Below, one piece after another: positions 27,815 to 36,650 of a stretch of 64,000 bases of DNA (positions within the stretch are counted from its first letter, which is position 1; every line of letters starts with the position of its first letter). The stretch is taken from assembly GCA_000989305.1 (NCBI GenBank), contig LBTB01000006.1, forward strand, positions 2,448 to 66,447. Direction: 5' to 3'. Position numbers and translations under genes: made by a program. Source of the stretch: Candidatus Shapirobacteria bacterium GW2011_GWF2_37_20. GTDB lineage: Bacteria; Patescibacteriota; Microgenomatia; UBA12405. A model generated the notes under the pieces. It saw only the letters and a list, made by a program, of their open reading frames with translations. It was not told the DNA's origin and ran no database searches.

Positions 27815-29227
27815 ATGAAAAAATTAGTTTTAGTGCTAGTTGTTTTGTTTGGATTTTGGTTGTATGTTTCAAAAAATTCTCGGGCTCTGTCCTCAACCAA
27901 TGTTAAAGATGTTTTGTCAAACTCTCAGTTTTCATATTACGCAGAAGTCGGTGTGGGAAACTCGGTAAACTCAACAATAATTACCATAAATACTGGTTCT
28001 TTATTTCCATCAAAGACAACAAATAATCTGTTTGTCGGTGATACTGTTGCCATTGGAATCGGCGGAAGTCAAAGTATTTATTATGTCAGGGGAATAGGAA
28101 ATACGGCAAGTTTTGCCATAAATACCGGAATATCGGAAATATCAGCAGTGGCCGGAGGAAGTATTATTTCCACCCGCTCAGCAATACACACAGTTTCTTT
28201 TGAACCTCAAACAAATTCAACCGGTGGATATTGGCAATTTTTGATAAAGGCGGCATCGGGAGGCGGAGAAAAAAGCAGTGACAACATCCCTGACCAACAA
28301 GGTTTTGATTTGGGTAATTTGACAGTGGATGCAGTGACTTGTCCCTGGGGGGCAACGGCTTCCATAGGAACAACTACTGCTGTGGCTTTGGGTAGTCCCG
28401 CGGTGACTTCTTACTACCATGTAATTCAATGTGCATTGGGAGCTGGTGTGACAAATCCAGCCGGTACCGGTGAAACGGGAACCATAATTGTCGGAACAGG
28501 AAATACAATGATGATCAATCCCAGTCCTTCTAATACTGCATCTCAGGAAGGGACAGCAAATATTTTTAGTTATTTAGTACGACAATTGAATTCTTCAAGT
28601 CAAGTGTTAGATCAAACATACGGAAAAATTGCATTAGTGGAAGCAGTCAGGGTAACAGCCACAATTGATCCATCAATAACTTTTTATATAGACGGCATTG
28701 GGGCCACTGATGTTGGCTCAACAGCATGTGGCGTCGGGACAACTTTGAGCCCCGGAGCCGCTTATACTACCGGCAGTCAGGTTGTTTTTGGATCATTGGC
28801 TCTAAGCGCTTTTAACCAATTGTCTCAGCGATTATCTTGTGTGACCAATGCGCCTGGCGGTTATGTGGTAACGGTACATGAGGGAGGGTTGATGAGTAAT
28901 GTCAGCACGGGAACAACTATTCCGGACACTTTGTGTGACGGAGCAAATTGTACAACAACAAATGAAACTCCCTGGACAACGGTAAGTTCCAGCAGATCTG
29001 AGTTTGGATACTCAATGACTAATGTCGGAACAAGCTTACCACTAATTGAAGGTTACTTTAAACCATTTGGAATCGGAGCGGAAAATGCTCAAAAAATAAT
29101 GGAACGAATAACCTTGCCGGGAGGAATTGAATCAGCTTATGTTTGCTACCGTCTGACGGCAACAACTTCCCAAGAGGCAGGAGATTACGAGGGTAAAATT
29201 ATCTACACAGCCACCGCAACGTTTTAA
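27815..29227 (+). CDS. Secreted Gly/Ser/Thr-rich beta protein, WxL-like C-terminal domain
   Basis: Signal peptide MKKLVLVLVV...SRA; ends EAGDYEGKIIYTATATF. Confidence 0.65.
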   Translation: MKKLVLVLVVLFGFWLYVSKNSRALSSTNVKDVLSNSQFSYYAEVGVGNSVNSTIITINTGSLFPSKTTNNLFVGDTVAIGIGGSQSIYYVRGIGNTASFAINTGISEISAVAGGSIISTRSAIHTVSFEPQTNSTGGYWQFLIKAASGGGEKSSDNIPDQQGFDLGNLTVDAVTCPWGATASIGTTTAVALGSPAVTSYYHVIQCALGAGVTNPAGTGETGTIIVGTGNTMMINPSPSNTASQEGTANIFSYLVRQLNSSSQVLDQTYGKIALVEAVRVTATIDPSITFYIDGIGATDVGSTACGVGTTLSPGAAYTTGSQVVFGSLALSAFNQLSQRLSCVTNAPGGYVVTVHEGGLMSNVSTGTTIPDTLCDGANCTTTNETPWTTVSSSRSEFGYSMTNVGTSLPLIEGYFKPFGIGAENAQKIMERITLPGGIESAYVCYRLTATTSQEAGDYEGKIIYTATATF

Positions 29228-29231
29228 GTAA

Positions 29232-29846
29232 TTATCGGGCAGCAGTGACCACCAGACGATTTAAAGTCGTTCCCGGAGGCCAACAAGTCATTAAGGTAAG
29301 GGTTTGAATAGAAGTGAAACCAGTTAAATAACTAATGTCAGAACTTTTAACAATTTTTTTCTCGTTAACGGTATATAAATATTTACTACCCTCGTAATAG
29401 ACAGTTATTTCGTCACCAACAACAAGTTTGTCGGTTAGATAAAAAATAGCGTTGTATTGATTGGCCTGGTACCAAGAGTTGGCAGAGTGAGCAAAGATAA
29501 AGGTATTACCGGGAAAGCCAGGAAGGCCTGAACCCCTGGCATGAGCCACACCTTTGGTCAAAGCTTTTTGATACTCAGAAGAATTATTGGGGTCAACGTT
29601 TTTAATAACCCCGGAGTTGACATTAATTTTGGGAATAACAATAGAAAAGTCCGTATTAATCGGAACAACTTCTGGTTTTTTGGTAATTATTTTTGATGTT
29701 TGATAAGAAACTTCAGCCGAGAATACCGGGTAAAATGTTCTGACCAATATAAAAACTGCTGAAACTACCAGAAAATAACCGAGAAACCTGGACGCTTTAG
29801 TAACGAGCTCGTTTCTTTTTAAGGGCAACATAAATAATGCTAGCAA
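29232..29846 (-). CDS. Sortase (start possibly ATG 29831)
   Basis: N-terminal TM, IVIPKINV, GVAH, PGNTFIFAHS (His), LTLMTCWPPG (Cys), NRLVV (Arg). Confidence 0.93.
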   Translation of the reverse strand: MLALFMLPLKRNELVTKASRFLGYFLVVSAVFILVRTFYPVFSAEVSYQTSKIITKKPEVVPINTDFSIVIPKINVNSGVIKNVDPNNSSEYQKALTKGVAHARGSGLPGFPGNTFIFAHSANSWYQANQYNAIFYLTDKLVVGDEITVYYEGSKYLYTVNEKKIVKSSDISYLTGFTSIQTLTLMTCWPPGTTLNRLVVTAAR

Positions 29847-32800
29847 TGATGATTAAAAATAGAAGTAGTAGCTTCCAGTATTTGGCAAAAAAAGTCGAAG
29901 TGAGGTTTTCGGTACCCAAGACTTGACCTTCTTCATTAGTGGCAGGAATATCTCCCTCCCCTACTATCTCTTCTTGGGGAAGATTTACTCCGGTAACGGG
30001 AATGGCAGCGGAAGTAGTGGTGGTAACAATCGTCGAATAAGAAGTGATGGTTACGCTGTCTCCAATGGTTCCTGAACCGTTTCCGGCGTCGTCAAATGCG
30101 CGGAGAACATAATAATATTCTTTATTACAATCAGGTACGGTATTGGTAACATCACGTTCTTGATTGGAACCAACAGGAATACTAGCAACCACAGAACCGG
30201 CGTCCAAGATAAAAGAAGTAACGTCGGCGCGATATATTTCAACCTTAACGGTCTTTCCCCCATCATCGGCAGTTTTAAAATGGATTTTATAATCACAAGT
30301 AGAGGGCCGATCTTTTCGGTAATCACTTGGGGTGCCGGGACCAGAGGTTTTGTAATCAACTGAAACAGTGTTACTGGATAATCCGTTGGCGGTGACATAA
30401 AATTGATAGGTACCTTCGGCATTCATAGTTGAAGAATCTGTGACACAGTCGTCGGTATTTCCGGGAGCTGACAGAGTAATATTGGATCCCATTTGACCAT
30501 ATCCGCTGTCTGAGGGACCTTTTTTGAAACATTTGACAGTAATTGGATTAACACCATCGATTTCTAAGGCAACGAAGGTGAGCTTAAGATTACTTATATT
30601 TGTTGGGGATATCGGTTGTTTGAGACGAACCGATAAGGGATTTACAACTGCCAGAGCATTGCTTGGGAATAAATAGAAAGCGGCAAAAAGGATAATAGCA
30701 ATCAGTTTTTTTGAAGATTTTTTGAGTAAAGTAAAACCTAAGAGGGCCATAAGAGTACTAATTATTAACCAGATATTGTTGGAACCGGTAGAAGGAAGTT
30801 CGGTGGAAGCACCGAGAACCTGACCTTCTTCATGTTTTTCAACACCGGCAGATATAGAATTTTGAGTACTGGCAACTATCGGAACTTCGGTGCCAACAAA
30901 ATTTTCATTAACATATTTAGAATCTTCACCTACAGCGTAAACAGGATCGTTAGTTCCGTAAGTAGTTTTACCCCGTGCGTAGGCTAAATCAGTATAAATA
31001 CCAGGTTGGTGATCGGAACTAATATCAGCAATATAGCTAAGCTCGACAGTGTCGCCAATACTAAGATTTCCCAAATTCCAAACACCGGGCGAATGATATT
31101 GAGGTTCAGTAATACCACCGGTAATATTGATACCATTTTTAAGAACATTATATGAACCAGATCGATATTTAAATCCGTTAGATAAAAGATCGGTTACTTT
31201 AAATTCATTAATATCGTTGCCAGAAATAATAACTTTGATTTTATAGCCAACTGAACCACCCGGAGGTATATTGCCTACGGCATCGTTTGATTTGGAAATG
31301 GTGGCAGAAGGAGGTGAAAGTTCTTCGATTTGACAAGTTGAAGAACATCCATCACCATTGACCGTATTGCCATCATCACAAGTTTCACCGGTTTCGACAG
31401 TTTCATTTCCACATACAGGAGCTGGAGTTTCACAACCATTTTCTAAGAAAGCGATATTGTCACCACTATAATTTTGTCCTGAATAAGAACAATCACCATT
31501 TATAAATGGAGGGATAATATCTAATGGTTCTAGTCCATGTCCTTTAGTTTCACATTCATCTTCACCCTCATTCCACTTATAAATACTGTTATATGAAACT
31601 TCTTGAGCTTTTTTATAAGCATTATTTCCTTCATCCCAGTGACAAATATCTACTTTTTTCTCTAATTTACAAGTTGAATCACATCCATCCTCATCGCTTG
31701 TATTTCCATCATCACATTGCTCACCTCGGTCAATATTTCCATCACCACAATAAGGTAGGTTTTCAAGCTTACATTGATTAGTACAAATTTGATGTGCCCC
31801 GACACCCAGAGTACCGTCGCATTCCTCAGTTGTTTCATCAAGGAAACCGTCACCACAGGGTGTAATGATTTTGGAATTATAGATATTACAAACGCCATCC
31901 CAGACAGTAATTTCATTGACAGCGACACCAACTGTGACACTAGCACACCCATTAATGTCTTGCTTCCAACCATCTGGAAGGGTTTCACTTACGGAATATG
32001 TTCCCGGTGTAACCTCAAAGGTTACTGAAACGGAAGATGAAATTGATCCGGTTGTACTTCCTGTTATTTGTCCGTTTCCACTAATACTTATTGGGAAGAC
32101 GGTTTGATCAGCATCACCAATGTTGGTAAATTGTTTTATAACTTTTATTGTTGCCTTTCTTTCGGGTATTTCACAATCATTGTTCCAAATCGCTTGTCCT
32201 TCAGTACTCCAATTTAAACCAGGATAATTTTTAACAACTCCACCATCTAAATAATTAAATGGAGGAATAATATCACCCCAGACCACTGTGATACCGGGAT
32301 ACCAAACAGGACCATTGTCACTAGCGTGGCCATTGAGATCTCCCGATTTGTTCGGAGTATTAATAACATAATAATTTGAAGAACTGGATGAGGAATGGCA
32401 AATAGTGACCTTGTCTTTTACTAACTCCAATTCGCATTTTTTACTACATTTGAAGTCAGACAATGAAGCATTCCCTAAATCGGTTCCATCACATTGTTCA
32501 CCATCTTCTTTTATGTCGTTTCCACATACCGAATCCGTAAACGTGGTGGTAGCCAGAACTAGACCAGCGAGACTGGTTAATTCAACCTTGTAGTCGGGAA
32601 TATAGGTGTCGAAAAGTTGGTAGCTATATGTAAAATTACCCGTAGAATCGGAAGTAATATTGTATGTTTGAGAGGGTTGTTTTTCTCCTGTTATTACTAA
32701 TAGATAGTCGGTGTTAACGGCAAAACCGCCGCCGGTGATGATGGCTATTTCAGCAGGAGCATAGTCGGCTTTGTCGGAAGAAATAATCGGATTAAGCAAA

Positions 32801-33357
32801 TCAGTGCGACAAGAAGTATTTTCAACAACCATTGTTTCGATTATTCCCCCATCAACGTTGGCACCCAGAACTAGGGGTAGAATTGTCGGAGTTGCCACCG
32901 GCGCTGTTGGTTCTGGTGAGCGGAGAGGAGTTGGAGAACTTGAAGAATTATTTCCAGAAGGCTGATTGTTATCTTCTGCGGGAGGAGTAGTTACTTCAGG
33001 GATAATGGTTGGAGTTATGGTTGGCTCAGGAGTTACAATGGGTTCTTCAGTAGGAGTAGCGGTTGGCTCTATGGTTGGCTCAGGAGTTACAATGGGTTCT
33101 TCAGTAGGAGTAGCGGTTGGCTCGGTTGGTGTTTCAGTAATAGTTGGCTCGAGGGTAGGAGTAGGTACTTCTTCAACAATCGGTGTAGGAGTTGGTTCCT
33201 CAGCATAGGCAGGAATGGCAACAAAATAGGGCAAAAATATATTTAGAAGAAGGGAAAAATTACACAAGACGGAACAAATGTTTTGAAAAAGTTTTCGACT
33301 ACGGAATAACTTGCTAACAGGGACAAATAGCGAAGACAAGGAATGTTTATTACTCAC
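29797..33357 (-). CDS. Large multidomain cell-surface protein with internal LPSTG sorting signal and C-terminal TM
   Basis: Signal peptide ending PAYA|EE; PT/E repeats; four CG(N/D)...E.CD(D)G repeats (DUF4215-like); DUF11-like domain (ISKSN...VTDLLSNGF); LPSTG-TM-KKSSKK; terminal TM plus KKKRARY. Confidence 0.88.
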   Translation of the reverse strand: MSNKHSLSSLFVPVSKLFRSRKLFQNICSVLCNFSLLLNIFLPYFVAIPAYAEEPTPTPIVEEVPTPTLEPTITETPTEPTATPTEEPIVTPEPTIEPTATPTEEPIVTPEPTITPTIIPEVTTPPAEDNNQPSGNNSSSSPTPLRSPEPTAPVATPTILPLVLGANVDGGIIETMVVENTSCRTDLLNPIISSDKADYAPAEIAIITGGGFAVNTDYLLVITGEKQPSQTYNITSDSTGNFTYSYQLFDTYIPDYKVELTSLAGLVLATTTFTDSVCGNDIKEDGEQCDGTDLGNASLSDFKCSKKCELELVKDKVTICHSSSSSSNYYVINTPNKSGDLNGHASDNGPVWYPGITVVWGDIIPPFNYLDGGVVKNYPGLNWSTEGQAIWNNDCEIPERKATIKVIKQFTNIGDADQTVFPISISGNGQITGSTTGSISSSVSVTFEVTPGTYSVSETLPDGWKQDINGCASVTVGVAVNEITVWDGVCNIYNSKIITPCGDGFLDETTEECDGTLGVGAHQICTNQCKLENLPYCGDGNIDRGEQCDDGNTSDEDGCDSTCKLEKKVDICHWDEGNNAYKKAQEVSYNSIYKWNEGEDECETKGHGLEPLDIIPPFINGDCSYSGQNYSGDNIAFLENGCETPAPVCGNETVETGETCDDGNTVNGDGCSSTCQIEELSPPSATISKSNDAVGNIPPGGSVGYKIKVIISGNDINEFKVTDLLSNGFKYRSGSYNVLKNGINITGGITEPQYHSPGVWNLGNLSIGDTVELSYIADISSDHQPGIYTDLAYARGKTTYGTNDPVYAVGEDSKYVNENFVGTEVPIVASTQNSISAGVEKHEEGQVLGASTELPSTGSNNIWLIISTLMALLGFTLLKKSSKKLIAIILFAAFYLFPSNALAVVNPLSVRLKQPISPTNISNLKLTFVALEIDGVNPITVKCFKKGPSDSGYGQMGSNITLSAPGNTDDCVTDSSTMNAEGTYQFYVTANGLSSNTVSVDYKTSGPGTPSDYRKDRPSTCDYKIHFKTADDGGKTVKVEIYRADVTSFILDAGSVVASIPVGSNQERDVTNTVPDCNKEYYYVLRAFDDAGNGSGTIGDSVTITSYSTIVTTTTSAAIPVTGVNLPQEEIVGEGDIPATNEEGQVLGTENLTSTFFAKYWKLLLLFLIIIASIIYVALKKKRARY
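33016..33123. repeat. Perfect 2 x 54-bp tandem repeat (EPTATPTEEPIVTPEPTI)
   Basis: Identical copies at 33016-33069 and 33070-33123. Confidence 0.95.
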
Positions 33358-33366
33358 TTTAAACGT

Positions 33367-33395
33367 ATCATAATATGAGATATTCTCAAAGTCAA
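33367..33395 (-). promoter_or_regulatory. Sigma70 promoter of the surface-protein gene with a palindrome in its spacer
   Basis: TTGACT-17 nt-TATGAT on the minus strand; TGAGA-N3-TCTCA at 33376-33388. Confidence 0.55.
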
Positions 33396-33406
33396 GATAT
33401 ATAGTT

Positions 33407-33751
33407 TTACGTAAACAACCGATTGATTGACCTAATCTTTTTTAATTGTCTTAATATTAAAAGACCTATAAAAATTCCCAATAAATCAAAAAGTGTATCT
33501 TTGAGACGACCACTGCGGCCAAGAACAAAGGTTTGATGAATTTCATCACTTAATGCGTATAAATAGGCAATAATAATAGTTGATTTATTTTTTAATAAAG
33601 CATAAAAAATTAAGATAGCTAAAAGGGCAAATTCTAAAATATGAAGAGTTTTAAAAAATAGAAAACGGGGTAGCGGATCGGCAACAACGCTGTCGGTGGG
33701 ACCTGAAGAAAAATAAAAAATGACTCCCATCCAAAGAAGGGCGGGAATCAA
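33407..33751 (-). CDS. VanZ family protein
   Basis: WMGVIFYFSS, KTLHILEF, YALSDEIHQTFV.GR.G...D...D. Confidence 0.9.
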   Translation of the reverse strand: MIPALLWMGVIFYFSSGPTDSVVADPLPRFLFFKTLHILEFALLAILIFYALLKNKSTIIIAYLYALSDEIHQTFVLGRSGRLKDTLFDLLGIFIGLLILRQLKKIRSINRLFT

Positions 33752-35169
33752 GCGGGGTAAAGTTTTGGAAATAAAATTGGTGATAAGAAAAGAATACTAC
33801 CCCCAAATAAGAATGGCCAGGAGAAAAAATTAGTGTCAGGACTAACACTGTTTAAAGTGGTGACTGAGGAACAGGAAGCAGGAGTGGATGAGAGGCTGGA
33901 GGAAAAGGTCGAAAGACCTAAAACCTGAGATTTTGGAATTGAAACTTTCTTGGGAACAGTAGTAACTTTTGCAGGAGCACTTTTAACAATTAAGTCACCC
34001 GGTTCAAAATCGATAAGTTTACTGCTGGTGTCCTTTTTTAAATGAAAATGAAGTAGATGGGTGCCTGTGGCTAAGGTTTTGGGGACCGTCAGTTCCATAT
34101 TTAAATAGGAGAAGCCGTCGTGGAAATCACCAAAAGCGGAATAGCGGTTACCGAAAGGAGAATTAAGCCGAAGTGAATAAGGTTCGGAAGAATTTAGTCT
34201 GAAAGTTAGGTTGAATTTTTGTCCAGGAAATACCGGAGACAAAGTTGACTGAAGATCTAAGACCGGCGAAGTATTGCTATTACTTGACGGGCTTGAAGTT
34301 GGGGTAGGAGTAGAAGACTGACAGTTATTATTAAATAAATTTTGACTGGGAGAAGTAAAACACCAGCTGTTATTTTCCTGAAGAGAGTATGATGAATTTT
34401 TGGGAGAAGAGGGATAAGTGACAATGGTGTCAAGAAAATGAACCGTATCACCACCATTATTTAGAAAGCCAGATGAAAAACTATGAGAATAGAAAGAAGT
34501 AGCACCGATATTCGTATTATCGTAAAAGCAAAGCTTATCTATTAAAATGGCCGAGGCACTAGAATTTTTGATTTCAATCCATTCATCCTGTCCACTTTCC
34601 GGATTGGCAAAGATTTCGTTGAGAATTAAATAATTTTTTAAGGTGGCTGAGGAAGAGGCTGTGGGAGTGGCGGTGGGAACAACCGTAGGAATGGTTGTGG
34701 GAATAATCGTAGGGACTGATGAGGGAGTAGCAGTGGGAGAAATAATAATAGTAGGTGTTAGGGTGGCACTTGGGGTGGCAATAATTGAAGCGATACTGAC
34801 ATATTGACTATCGTAGGTACTGGCGTGCTTATCACTTTGAGCCAAGCGGATTTTTATATTATTCAATGTCTGAGCTAAATTAATTTTTAAGGTAGCAGTG
34901 GCGGAATTAGTGGCAGGGTCAGAGATAATAAGATTAAGACAGTCGTCGTAGCGGCTGGCACAGGCGGGAAAAATAGAGATATCAGTATTGCTGTCGCCAA
35001 CCGCCTTAAAATGATAGGTCAGACCATTATCTAGAGAGGAAACGTTAAAGTCGAGAGAAAAAGTGTCTCCCACAATTACAGTTTGGGGAAAGTTAATTAT
35101 CGTAATCTCCGGGGCAGCAAAAGCTGTTTTTGGACAAAAGACAAAAAACAGCAATATTAGAAATATCAC
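33748..35169 (-). CDS. Secreted, C-terminally anchored protein with lamin-tail domain
   Basis: Signal peptide ending AFA; PT linker; ILNEIFANP...DEWIEIKN...LNNGGDTV; SQVLG; C-terminal hydrophobic tail. Confidence 0.8.
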   Translation of the reverse strand: MIFLILLFFVFCPKTAFAAPEITIINFPQTVIVGDTFSLDFNVSSLDNGLTYHFKAVGDSNTDISIFPACASRYDDCLNLIISDPATNSATATLKINLAQTLNNIKIRLAQSDKHASTYDSQYVSIASIIATPSATLTPTIIISPTATPSSVPTIIPTTIPTVVPTATPTASSSATLKNYLILNEIFANPESGQDEWIEIKNSSASAILIDKLCFYDNTNIGATSFYSHSFSSGFLNNGGDTVHFLDTIVTYPSSPKNSSYSLQENNSWCFTSPSQNLFNNNCQSSTPTPTSSPSSNSNTSPVLDLQSTLSPVFPGQKFNLTFRLNSSEPYSLRLNSPFGNRYSAFGDFHDGFSYLNMELTVPKTLATGTHLLHFHLKKDTSSKLIDFEPGDLIVKSAPAKVTTVPKKVSIPKSQVLGLSTFSSSLSSTPASCSSVTTLNSVSPDTNFFSWPFLFGGSILFLSPILFPKLYPA

Positions 35170-35188
35170 TAAAATAGTGTAACAAGAA

Positions 35189-36616
35189 TTACTTTAATTT
35201 AGTGAGGGCCAAATCTAGTTTTCGAATAGTCCCCTCTTGTCCCAGGGCCGGTAAACATTCGACAAGGGGTGGAGTAAAAGAGGAACCACAAATAGCGACA
35301 CGAAAGACCATGAAGAATTCGCCAGTATTCCAAGAGTTTTCAGAAATTAAATTCAAGATTCTGGAACTTAGATTAGTGAAATCAGAGAGTAACTCTTTGG
35401 TTTTGTTAAGCATTTCGGCGGCTAACTCCGAACTAGTTCCCTTTTTTAGCAATAAATCTTTATCATAGTCAACATCCTCAAATAAGAATTTAACTTGCTC
35501 TGACAAGTCACTGAATTTTATTAACCTTTCTTTTAAGACTGGAATTAAAATTTTAATTTGTTCGTCTGAGGCTTGAGGTAAGAATTTTTTGAAATAAGGG
35601 AATAATTCTTCGTCGCTTTTTTGGCGAATATAAAGACCGTTAAAATAATCTAACTTTTTACGGTCAAAAATAGGAGACTTTTTGTGGAGGTGTTCTAGAT
35701 TAAATTCTTTGATAAATTCATCAAGGGTAAATAGCTCTTTGTCGGTACCGGGATTCCATCCCAAAAGCATCAGAAAATTAAGCATGGCTTCGGGTAGATA
35801 ACCATCATCTAAAAAAGCGCGGGCGTGAGTAGAACCGTGGCGTTTGCTCATTTTGCCATGACCGCTTGGGTCTAGTAAAACTGTTAAATGGGCAAAATTT
35901 GGAACTTCCCACTTAAAATATTTGTAGAGTAAAATTTGTTTTGGAGTTGATGAAATCCATTCTTCGCCCCGAAAAATGTGAGTAATCTTCATGAGGTGGT
36001 CGTCAACCACAACGGCAAAATGATAGGTGGGGATGCCGTCAGATTTTATTAAAACCTGATCATCCAGCTCATTGGTATTGAATTTAATTTCACCTCTGAT
36101 TAAATCTTTAAAAACAATATTTTCATTGTCGGGCATTTTTAAACGAATGACATATTTTTCACCGTTTTCAATTTTTTGTTTAATCTCCTTTGAACTTAGT
36201 TTTAGACAATGGCGATCATATTTAGGAACTTTATGAGCCGCTTTTTGAACTTCACGCATTTCCGTAAGCCGTTGCTCACTGCAAAAACAATAGTAAGCCA
36301 GGTCTTGGTCTAATAATTCTTTGATATATTTTTGATAAATATTGAGACGCTTTGTCTGAACATAAGGACCGTAGGGACCACCGATATCTGGACCCTCATC
36401 CCAGGAAAGTCCGTAATCTTTTATGACTTGAAAAATTCTACTTTCGGCACCCTCGACATGACGTTTTTGATCTGTATCTTCTAGTCGGAGAATAAACTGA
36501 CCATGATTTTGACGAGCCAGGGCATAATCGTAGAGAAGAGTTCTGAGTCCTCCAATGTGCAATTCCCCGGTAGGAGAAGGAGCCATGCGGGTGCGAACAA
36601 TATTAGTGTCGGACAT
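35189..36616 (-). CDS. gltX: Glutamate--tRNA ligase
   Basis: RMAPSPTGELHIGG, RLEDTD, YYCFCS, PTYHFAVVVDD, KMSKRHG. Confidence 0.97.
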   Translation of the reverse strand: MSDTNIVRTRMAPSPTGELHIGGLRTLLYDYALARQNHGQFILRLEDTDQKRHVEGAESRIFQVIKDYGLSWDEGPDIGGPYGPYVQTKRLNIYQKYIKELLDQDLAYYCFCSEQRLTEMREVQKAAHKVPKYDRHCLKLSSKEIKQKIENGEKYVIRLKMPDNENIVFKDLIRGEIKFNTNELDDQVLIKSDGIPTYHFAVVVDDHLMKITHIFRGEEWISSTPKQILLYKYFKWEVPNFAHLTVLLDPSGHGKMSKRHGSTHARAFLDDGYLPEAMLNFLMLLGWNPGTDKELFTLDEFIKEFNLEHLHKKSPIFDRKKLDYFNGLYIRQKSDEELFPYFKKFLPQASDEQIKILIPVLKERLIKFSDLSEQVKFLFEDVDYDKDLLLKKGTSSELAAEMLNKTKELLSDFTNLSSRILNLISENSWNTGEFFMVFRVAICGSSFTPPLVECLPALGQEGTIRKLDLALTKLK

Positions 36617-36650
36617 GGGATTATTTTAGCATTTTAATGTAGAATAATTT

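Noticed and set aside
32966-33208. Antisense 80-aa Gly/Val/Ser-rich ORF
   Set aside because: Shadow of the Pro/Thr repeat codons on the opposite strand.
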